Assembly (NCBI GenBank): GCA_016932135.1
Contig: JAFGDJ010000069.1
Coordinates: 1-36,920 of the forward strand
Source: Spirochaetales bacterium
Lineage (GTDB): Bacteria > Spirochaetota > Spirochaetia > JAFGDJ01
Reading direction: 5' to 3'
DNA: 36,920 nucleotides
The notes under the pieces were generated by a model, which searched no databases, was not told the DNA's origin, and saw nothing but the letters and a program-made list of their open reading frames with translations. Both the position numbers and the translations under genes were made by a program. Numbering within the stretch: the stretch's first letter is position 1; the number at the start of each line of letters is the position of its first letter. This document shows positions 27,614 through 35,095 of the stretch, piece by piece.

Positions 27614-29082
27614 TCCTTTCCTCCGGTTCTCGAGAAAATTTGAAATTCTCCAACCCGGCCGGTAATTTCCCAGGACCCGGCACCTCGCTTTGTTATTTCA
27701 TCCACGGAAAGACCGGTCTCCCTCTGAATTATTTTTAGTATTTTATAGGTACAAAACCCACCCTGGCAGCGACCCATCTGGGCACGGGTATAAAATTTGA
27801 TACCATCTAAGGTTGTATGGCCTTTTTTTATGGCTTCTACTATTTCAGCCTCTGAAATTGATTCACAGCGGCAAACAATATTTCCATAAGACGGATTTTT
27901 TTCTATCAGTTTTTCCGCTGTAAAGGGATCAACTTCCCTAATTCTGGGAAGCGGATCGATAGCGGGGTCGTAATTCGGCTTTTCTTCAAGAATCAATCCT
28001 GCTTTTTTCAGGAGATCCTTTACATATTCGCCAATGGCCGGAGCAGCAGTGAGCCCCGGAGATTGGATGCCCGCCGCCTGAACAAGTTTGGGGCACTTCG
28101 TCGATATGGCGATATAAAAATCATTGCCTTCAAGGGCGGGTCTCAGCCCCACAAAAGCCGTAATAATATCCCGCTCTGAAACCGAAGGCACCAATCGTCT
28201 GGCGGAATAGAAAACCTTTTCAAAGTTATCCCCCGTGGTTGCCAGATCCTCCTTATCCTCAATTTCCTCTGCCGTAGGGCCGACCATCGTTGTTCCTTCC
28301 ACTGTCGGAATAACCAACATTCCCTTGGAGTTTGGACTGGGAACAGGAAAGATCACTCGGCTCGTAAAAGCCGCGGCATTCCGATCCATCAGGTATTCCT
28401 CTCCTTTTCTCGGGGAAATGGTAAACTCCTCCGCCTTAAAAAGTTTCGATATCTCATCAGCCCGGAGCCCGGCGGCATTCACCGCATATCTACTGGTAAC
28501 AGTTTCACCATTAACGGAAGAAATATGGAATCTTTCTCCCGTTATATCTACTCCATTAACCTTAAACTTGGTTTTCAGTTCTACGCCATTCTTTACAGCA
28601 GACTCGACTAAGGAAAAAACAAGACGGTAGGGTTCGACTATACCTCCGGAGGGTGCATGGAGCCCACCAACCACATCCCGGTTGAGTTTAGGCTCTAAAG
28701 AAAGCATCCTTTCCCGGTTACAGAGTTCGATACCGATGCTTCCGTTCTGCACACCCTGCATATAGAGCTTTTCTACAGTTTTCATTTCCTCGAAGGAAAG
28801 AGCTGCCACGAGAATACCGCATCGACGAAAGGGGAAATGCAGGTCCCTCTGCAGGGCATCGAACATTATATTCCCCTGGATTTCCAAGCGAGACTTCAAC
28901 GTGGATGCACCATGATGAAAACCACCGTGAATAATCCCGGAATTGGCTTTGGATACTCCGAAGGAGACGTCACATTCTTTCTCTAAAAGAACAACCCGCA
29001 GCTTGTATGCGGAAAGGCGCCTCGCAATAGAAGCCCCGGTGACTCCCGCACCGATTATGGCGACATCATAAACACTACTCAT
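27610..29082 (-). CDS. glpA: FAD-dependent glycerol-3-phosphate dehydrogenase-like oxidoreductase (GlpA/GlpO family) with C-terminal BFD-like [2Fe-2S] domain
   Basis: It has a DAO-type N-terminus (DVAIIGAGVTGASIARRL...GIIHGGFHH) and GlpA/GlpO-like central blocks. A C-terminal BFD-like Cys motif is present (CRCESISEAEI...GRCQGGFC). Glycerol kinase lies nearby on the same strand. An SD (GGAGGTG) precedes ATG 29082. Confidence 0.8.
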   Translation of the reverse strand: MSSVYDVAIIGAGVTGASIARRLSAYKLRVVLLEKECDVSFGVSKANSGIIHGGFHHGASTLKSRLEIQGNIMFDALQRDLHFPFRRCGILVAALSFEEMKTVEKLYMQGVQNGSIGIELCNRERMLSLEPKLNRDVVGGLHAPSGGIVEPYRLVFSLVESAVKNGVELKTKFKVNGVDITGERFHISSVNGETVTSRYAVNAAGLRADEISKLFKAEEFTISPRKGEEYLMDRNAAAFTSRVIFPVPSPNSKGMLVIPTVEGTTMVGPTAEEIEDKEDLATTGDNFEKVFYSARRLVPSVSERDIITAFVGLRPALEGNDFYIAISTKCPKLVQAAGIQSPGLTAAPAIGEYVKDLLKKAGLILEEKPNYDPAIDPLPRIREVDPFTAEKLIEKNPSYGNIVCRCESISEAEIVEAIKKGHTTLDGIKFYTRAQMGRCQGGFCTYKILKIIQRETGLSVDEITKRGAGSWEITGRVGEFQIFSRTGGKE

Positions 29083-29328
29083 GTTATAAGAGCACCTCCG
29101 TCCCCAAAGAATGCTTTCTCAGCAAAGGCATCTTTAAAAGAGTAAAACGATTTTATCCGGATATTATGGGTAAGGCAAGCCTACTACATAAAATGATTCA
29201 GACTAAAAGTTAAGAAAGTATTTTAAAGATTAAACAATGGTCCAATTTATCATGGAGCTAATTCTATAGAGAAAGAGACTTACATCACTTCTTCAGTCAG
29301 GAAAAAGAAAAAGTCGTTAAAATCATAA

Positions 29329-29841
29329 TTACTGATTAACATCTAATAAAAAAAGACCATATTGTGAAATCTGATCAGGTGGTTCTAAAAGCTCATATAC
29401 ATTTTCCTGGATAAATCTTATTCCATTATATGTATATTCGAAACAATATTGTACTAAACCAGCTCGAACGGGATTTAGGGCGATATATAAGAAAGTATTA
29501 AGTAACTGATAATAACCTTCAGTAATCGTACTTCTGAACCGATCATACCACACATGCCCATGAATCTCATATATTTTATTAAATTGAATTGCAAAAACAC
29601 TAAGTATCCATTGCATTATTTTAGAAAGGCTTTCCTTTTTACCCGGTCTAATCATGAGATGGACATGGTTACTCATGATGCAAAAATTTCTAATTTTAAA
29701 ATCATACTTTTTTTTCGCTCTTTGAAGCACGTGAAGGAAAAGCTCCTTCACGTGATCCGACTCTAAGATAAACTCCTGCCTATTAGCTCGCGCAGTAACG
29801 TGATACTCTGCGCCTGGCATTGTTCGTCTCGGGTATCTCAT
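29329..29841 (-). CDS. REP-associated tyrosine transposase-like protein (RAYT, IS200/IS605 Y1 HuH family, COG1943)
   Basis: Signature blocks are present: MPGAEYHVTARANRQEFIL (PGxxYHVTxRxN), an HuH motif SNHVHLMI, GHVWYDRF, and YIALNPVRAGLV, which matches the TnpA_REP C-terminus. I preferred the ATG at 29841 (MRYPRR) to 29973, which would overlap the divergent MMPL start. The local GC is low. Confidence 0.8.
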   Translation of the reverse strand: MRYPRRTMPGAEYHVTARANRQEFILESDHVKELFLHVLQRAKKKYDFKIRNFCIMSNHVHLMIRPGKKESLSKIMQWILSVFAIQFNKIYEIHGHVWYDRFRSTITEGYYQLLNTFLYIALNPVRAGLVQYCFEYTYNGIRFIQENVYELLEPPDQISQYGLFLLDVNQ

Positions 29842-29954
29842 ACTGGATATATACGTTGTTATAAGGCTGTTTGCTTCAAAAATAATAAATTTCGATATGT
29901 AATCCTCCGTCCCCCTAATAGACAGCTTCTTTACTTTTCTGTTACAAAAGAAAT

Positions 29955-32291
29955 ATGGCCATGGATAAAGCAAGACATTCTATTTTTCAATTTTCTTCAA
30001 ATCATCCAAAGCTTATTATTATAATCACCTTGCTACTAACGGTCTTTTTCGCCTTTTTTGCCCTTCGTATTAATATTAATGCTGATTATGCCAGCCTCCT
30101 GCCGGAAGACACCCTGGTAAATCAGCAAATAAAAGAGTTCAGTGGCGATAAACCTGAATCGGAACTCTTTGTCCTGGCAATAAAAGGGGAAAACCTCTTT
30201 ACAAAAACGATTCTATCTAGTTTAAACGATACTATTAATACCTTGGGGGACCTCCCGGAAGTTCAATCTGTCATTTCACCCTTCAATTTCGTCATCTTTG
30301 AACGATCCCCCAGCGGGAGGCTGATCATTGGGAAAACTTTTAATAAATCAGATTCTTTGGGGACGGAGGAAGGAGTTACAGCCTTTACTTCCAGATTGTT
30401 TGACTCCTCCTTCGCCGAGAACCTGGTAGTCTCTAAAGATCGTAAAATGCTCAATGCCTTCTTTTTCCTGGAACGCAGTGATGAGTATGGTGCCTTCCTT
30501 TCGGAGGTGAATAAAGTATCTAAAAACCTTTCCGAGATCGGAGTTTCCGTTCATACCAGCGGTCTGGTTGTTTTGAACGAAAGAACCCGCTTTTATATCA
30601 CCCGGGATGTCTCGATTCTAATCATTCTGGCAATAATGATTGTCATCGCGTTCTACTTTCTTACTTTTCGTACCGGTAAAGCGGTATTCATGCCAATTTT
30701 CGTAGTACTCTTCGGTACCGTTTGGTCCATAGGGTTTATGAGCCTCATGAACTACTCTTTAACCCTCATCAGCATTGTTGCTCCGCCTTTAATTCTTATC
30801 TTTGGGAATGAATACGCTATCTACGTCATGAGTGAATATTACCGCCTTGTAGGACATCATAACGAACACTCTGCTTTCATGGGGACGGAGGTTATACCTA
30901 CCACTACAAAAAACGTCACCAAACCTATCATTCTCGCCTTTATTACCACAGTCATTGGGTTTTTAAGCCTCTATGTCACGGACATAAAACAAACCCAGGA
31001 GTTTGCCCTGGTTGCCAGTTTCGGTTCTCTATCCTGCGGGGTTATCTCTCTCTTCTTTCTGCCGGCTCTTCTGTCATTGGCACCCCTTGGCGAGAAAAAA
31101 GATGCGTCTCTAAGGGGATACAATCCTGTAATTAAAAGGCTATCCGCTTTAGCATCAAACCACCCTCGCGCTGTTCTGCTTGTTATGCCTGTTTTTATTC
31201 TAGCCTTTGCCTTTTCCCTCCAATTCCTTCAGTTCAATACCGATTCAATCAATTATTTTCCTAAGAAGGATCCGGCCATTAAGGACATGTATGTGCTGAC
31301 CGAAGCAATTGGAGGGTTCGATGAAATAAACGTTACCTTTCTTGCCCCCGAAGGTACTAAAGGGTACTTCAACGACCCAATATTATTAGAAAAGCTTTTA
31401 AAACTCGAGAAGGATCTGAAAGCTCATCCGGATGTGTGCTATGCCCTGTCTTTCCCCTCCTATCTTGAAGAGATCCATAGGGTTATGGGGAGTCCTCCGG
31501 ATACTCAGTTCTCCCGGGGTCTTGTCCTTCTGCTTACACGGCTGCTTAAAGCAGCCGCAGCCGATGAAAGCATGGGCGGGGCTCTGGATATCCTCTTTAA
31601 CGAAGATTTTACCCGTCTTACCCTGAACATGAGGATTTATAATAGTACAACCGGTCACTTTATAGACGAATATCGATTCAGGGAGTTTCTCTCCTTTCTG
31701 AAAGACACCTTAAAGGAACATGGTTTTCAAGAGGATGATGCCGTTATCTGGGGAGAGATCATGCGCAATCTTCATCTGGCGGACTCCCTCCGGGGTTATC
31801 TGCTGATATCGATGGTGATATCCCTCGGGTTAATCCTTATTATTACTTCCGTCACGTTTCGTTCAGTTCTCTACGGCCTGTACGCGGTCCTCCCTTTAGC
31901 CCTGGGTCTAATGCTCAATTTTGTCCTGATGGCCCTCTTCAAGATACCCCTGGATATGACTACCATTATGGTCTCGAATGTTACCATCGGTGTGGGTATA
32001 GATAACGCGTTTTACCTGGTGGTGCAGTACCGCAGATCACTGCAAAACAACCATAAATCCTTCTCTGTTTTGATTCATGAAACCCTGGAGGTCATTCTGC
32101 GGCCCACGGTACTGTCGACTCTTTCCATTGCCCTGGGATTGATGGTTTTTCTCCTGGCGGCTTTCAAACCTATTGTTTATTTCGGTATGCTGGTCATTTT
32201 TTCTCTCACCGCCACGGCGGCCTGTACATTAATTGTGCTTCCGGCGATATTGTATTTCGACTCAATAAAAAGAAAGGTTACGCCTAAATAA
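29955..32291 (+). CDS. MMPL/RND-superfamily exporter (COG1033-like, two 6-TM bundles each with a large extracytoplasmic loop)
   Basis: 778 aa. A TM helix and ~170-aa loop are followed by 5 TM; a second TM and loop are followed by 5 more TM. It has an SSD-like arrangement (GIDNAFYLVVQY). The gene has low GC. Confidence 0.8.
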   Translation: MAMDKARHSIFQFSSNHPKLIIIITLLLTVFFAFFALRININADYASLLPEDTLVNQQIKEFSGDKPESELFVLAIKGENLFTKTILSSLNDTINTLGDLPEVQSVISPFNFVIFERSPSGRLIIGKTFNKSDSLGTEEGVTAFTSRLFDSSFAENLVVSKDRKMLNAFFFLERSDEYGAFLSEVNKVSKNLSEIGVSVHTSGLVVLNERTRFYITRDVSILIILAIMIVIAFYFLTFRTGKAVFMPIFVVLFGTVWSIGFMSLMNYSLTLISIVAPPLILIFGNEYAIYVMSEYYRLVGHHNEHSAFMGTEVIPTTTKNVTKPIILAFITTVIGFLSLYVTDIKQTQEFALVASFGSLSCGVISLFFLPALLSLAPLGEKKDASLRGYNPVIKRLSALASNHPRAVLLVMPVFILAFAFSLQFLQFNTDSINYFPKKDPAIKDMYVLTEAIGGFDEINVTFLAPEGTKGYFNDPILLEKLLKLEKDLKAHPDVCYALSFPSYLEEIHRVMGSPPDTQFSRGLVLLLTRLLKAAAADESMGGALDILFNEDFTRLTLNMRIYNSTTGHFIDEYRFREFLSFLKDTLKEHGFQEDDAVIWGEIMRNLHLADSLRGYLLISMVISLGLILIITSVTFRSVLYGLYAVLPLALGLMLNFVLMALFKIPLDMTTIMVSNVTIGVGIDNAFYLVVQYRRSLQNNHKSFSVLIHETLEVILRPTVLSTLSIALGLMVFLLAAFKPIVYFGMLVIFSLTATAACTLIVLPAILYFDSIKRKVTPK

Positions 32292-32302
32292 AAATCACAT
32301 TT

Positions 32303-33013
32303 TTATTTTTTTCTATACTCCGGGAACATCTTTTTTGCTTCTTCTGAGAGTTTATATATCCGTTGTAACAACTTGTCCGCCAGAGATTGGCATTCGTTAA
32401 AAGATGATGTGTCTGTAAAACTGTCTTTAATAGACAGCGGCTCGCCGAAAACTACGCCATAAGGTGCCCTAAAACGGGGAATGGGAGCAATATCAAAATA
32501 TTTACGCCCTTGATAATTATAATTGACCCGTTGCTGCTTCACCTTATCCTGAGGAATCCATACTCCCACAGGAACAATAGGAACATTTGCTTCTAACGCC
32601 AGACGGATCACCCCTTTTTTCCCTCGCACATCCTCATCAGGACTTGTCCTACCCCCTTCGGGAGATATTAACACCGAACGGCCCATATTCAGGATCTGAA
32701 GCGCATCATGAATCGATTCCTCAACCCTGCTTTTATCAATATTGAACAATTTGATCTGATTTGCTGTTGAAAAAATAAACCTGGGCAAAGGAAATGACCA
32801 TATTTGTTCTTCCACCATCACTGATAAATACCGCGTCGCACGATGAATTAAAAGGGGAAAGGCATCCCAGACGGTAGGATGATTGACTGCAAAAATTCGG
32901 GGTCCTTCCGGTAAGGGATGAGTAAACCGATATCTTAGCTTCAGATACATTCTCATGTATGCCGAGAGAAAAATGCCCCAGAAACCGTACCACCAGTTAG
33001 AATACATCTTCAT
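32303..33013 (-). CDS. plsC: lysophospholipid (1-acyl-sn-glycerol-3-phosphate) acyltransferase, PlsC/AGPAT family
   Basis: All the acyltransferase motifs are present: NHPTVWD (HX4D), SPEGGRT (block III) and VPIVPVG (block IV). The gene has low GC. Confidence 0.8.
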   Translation of the reverse strand: MKMYSNWWYGFWGIFLSAYMRMYLKLRYRFTHPLPEGPRIFAVNHPTVWDAFPLLIHRATRYLSVMVEEQIWSFPLPRFIFSTANQIKLFNIDKSRVEESIHDALQILNMGRSVLISPEGGRTSPDEDVRGKKGVIRLALEANVPIVPVGVWIPQDKVKQQRVNYNYQGRKYFDIAPIPRFRAPYGVVFGEPLSIKDSFTDTSSFNECQSLADKLLQRIYKLSEEAKKMFPEYRKK

Positions 33014-33166
33014 AGTTAAAACCCTAATTTTTCCTTGCTATTGTAGAAAAATTATAAAAGAACCTCAACCCGCTATCGCTCTTAACCTTATATCCAGTTC
33101 GATAAGAACCATATACACTAGTCTACTATAACGATAGAATAAAGGGGTAAACTTTAACCACTAAGA

Positions 33167-34681
33167 CTACTCGGAAACCCACCCCATCGCCCGCTCTACC
33201 GCTTTATTCCAAAGGGACAGTTTCTCTTCCCGGATCTCCTTGCTCATGAAGGAAGTCCAGTGTTTATCCTCCTCCCAGTGGCGGGATAGTTCCTCCAGAT
33301 CTTTCCAGAAGCCCACGGTCAGCCCGGCGGCGTAAGCGGCTCCCAAAGCTGTGGTTTCGGTAACCTTGGGGCGGATTACCGGGATATCCAGGATATCCGC
33401 CTGGAACTGCATAAGAAGCTCGTTTACCACCATACCGCCGTCCACTTTCATTCCCCGGGAAACGATACCGGAGTCCTTTTCCATAGCCTGGACGATTTCC
33501 CGGGTTTGAAAGGCCGTGGCTTCCAGTACCGCCCGGGCGACGTGACCCGCCTTGGCGTAACCGGTAAGGCCGGTGATAACCCCCCGGGCGTCGCTTCGCC
33601 AATGGGGAGCGAAAAGACCTGAAAAAGCAGGGACGAAATAGACCCCCCCCGAATCTTCCACCGAAGAAGCCAGGGTTTCGATCTCCGACGACGACTGTAT
33701 AAGCCCCATATTGTCTCTCAGCCACTGTACCAACGATCCGGCTACGGCAATGGAGCCTTCCAGGGCGTAAACGACTTCCTCCGTCCCCCGGCGGTAGGCT
33801 ACCGTGGTCAGGAGCCCGTATTTGGAATGTACCAGGTCGGTCCCGGTATTCTGCAGTAAGAAGCATCCGGTACCGTAGGTGTTCTTGGATGATCCCGGTT
33901 CAAAACAGGCTTGTCCGAAGAGAGCGGCCTGCTGATCCCCCAGGATACCCGCCACCGGCACCTCCGTCCCCAAGGGACCGGCTTTATCGGTGTATCCGTA
34001 GGGTTCGGTGGGGACGGAGGATAGTATTTCCGGCAGAATCTGCCGGGGAACACGGAATACTTCCAGAAGTTCATCGTCCCAGGCGAGGGTTTTCAGGTCC
34101 ATCAACATGGTCCGGGAAGCGTTGGTCACATCGATGCCGTGCACACCCCCCTTCGGACCTCCGGTAAGGTTCCACAGGAGCCATGAGTCGATGGTACCAA
34201 AGAGGACATCGCCTTTTTCAGCGGATCTACGTAATCCTTCCACGTTATCCAGGAGCCAGGCGATCTTGGAGGCGGAAAAGTAGGTGGCCAGGGGCAACCC
34301 GGTCTTATCGCGGAAACGGTTCGCCCCTCCGTCGGCCGTCAGGCGGTTGATCATCTCCGTTGTCCGGGTATCCTGCCAGACCAGAGCCCGGGCGCAGGGT
34401 TTGCCGGTACGGCGGTCCCAGAGGACGGTGGTCTCCCGCTGGTTTGTTATTCCCAAGGCGGCCAGTTGTCCGGCCGATATCCCCGACTTCTGCAGGGTCT
34501 CCCGGATTACCCGGGAGGTGTTGTTTATAATCTCTTCCGGGTCATGCTCGACCCAGCCTGGCTTGGGGTAATACTGCTTATGTTCCACTTGAGTCCAGGA
34601 TGCAGGACTTCCGGTTTCATCGAAAAGAATAAATCTGGTGCTGGTAGTTCCCTGATCCAGGGCTCCGATATACTGTCGCAT
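33167..34681 (-). CDS. glpK: glycerol kinase
   Basis: FGGY-family hallmarks run along its full length ([15 protein letters not shown]; [11 protein letters not shown]; [19 protein letters not shown]). An SD (GGAGAAATACG) precedes ATG 34681. Confidence 0.95.
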   Translation of the reverse strand: MRQYIGALDQGTTSTRFILFDETGSPASWTQVEHKQYYPKPGWVEHDPEEIINNTSRVIRETLQKSGISAGQLAALGITNQRETTVLWDRRTGKPCARALVWQDTRTTEMINRLTADGGANRFRDKTGLPLATYFSASKIAWLLDNVEGLRRSAEKGDVLFGTIDSWLLWNLTGGPKGGVHGIDVTNASRTMLMDLKTLAWDDELLEVFRVPRQILPEILSSVPTEPYGYTDKAGPLGTEVPVAGILGDQQAALFGQACFEPGSSKNTYGTGCFLLQNTGTDLVHSKYGLLTTVAYRRGTEEVVYALEGSIAVAGSLVQWLRDNMGLIQSSSEIETLASSVEDSGGVYFVPAFSGLFAPHWRSDARGVITGLTGYAKAGHVARAVLEATAFQTREIVQAMEKDSGIVSRGMKVDGGMVVNELLMQFQADILDIPVIRPKVTETTALGAAYAAGLTVGFWKDLEELSRHWEEDKHWTSFMSKEIREEKLSLWNKAVERAMGWVSE

Positions 34682-34707
34682 CGTATTTCTCCAATTGTTG
34701 TTTTGAG

Positions 34708-34740
34708 CTATTATAGGTCTTTCCGGGAAACTTGTATACT
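34708..34740 (-). promoter_or_regulatory. candidate sigma70 promoter for glpK
   Basis: On the minus strand, a -10 TATAAT (complement of 34710-34715) and a -35 TATACA (complement of 34733-34738) are separated by a 17-nt spacer. They lie about 30 nt upstream of the glpK start. Confidence 0.4.
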
Positions 34741-34745
34741 TTTTT

Positions 34746-34991
34746 CTAGGACAGGAAGGGGTATAAAAGATCCATTAAGGGGTTCTTCTCATCTATGCTC
34801 CGATATCCGTTTTCAAGAAGCTCCAGGGGGACGAGAAGATTATGAACCACCCGCAGGTCCTCTTCATACTTTCCCAGAATAAGTTCGTCACAGAGGGCCT
34901 GGCCGTCGTTAAGGTCTCTCAGGCGAAGATATCGCTCCTTCTGGCCAGGAGCATTGTCATTTTTACGAAAATATTCCCGCGGATAATTCAT
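34746..34991 (-). CDS. small hypothetical protein (81 aa)
   Basis: The ORF has genome-typical codon usage and ATG 34991 is preceded by GGGGGAAGG. It ends 64 bp before the glpK promoter. No family is recognised, and it could also be a spurious ORF. Confidence 0.35.
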   Translation of the reverse strand: MNYPREYFRKNDNAPGQKERYLRLRDLNDGQALCDELILGKYEEDLRVVHNLLVPLELLENGYRSIDEKNPLMDLLYPFLS

Positions 34992-35095
34992 CCTTCCCCC
35001 TGTTTAAATAAACGGCATGACCGGAGGGAAGTATTACACTCTTTTCTTCTTTCCTGTATGATATACTCCATGTATAGATCTTAAGAGGTTGAACC

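Larger units (their letters stand above)
29090..33160. mobile_element. low-GC (~35-42% by eye) island of about 4 kb inserted between the glpA-like operon and glpK, carrying a RAYT/IS200-like transposase, an MMPL exporter and a PlsC-like acyltransferase
   Basis: The composition shifts abruptly from the ~55-60% GC flanks, visible in AT-rich codons and intergenic DNA. It contains a transposase-family gene. It separates genes (glpK and the glpA trio) that are usually adjacent. Confidence 0.5.

Noticed and set aside
28625-28640. A tRNA-like GGTTCGA T-loop word
   Set aside because: It lies inside the glpA-like coding sequence, and no cloverleaf context (acceptor stem or anticodon arm) is present. 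I saw no tRNA genes in the window.
33264-33866. A 200-aa minus-strand ORF in an alternative frame inside glpK, plus other overlapping ORFs at 33808-34283
   Set aside because: The glpK reading frame is unambiguous (FGGY motifs). The alternative frames are Arg/Gly-rich with no support.
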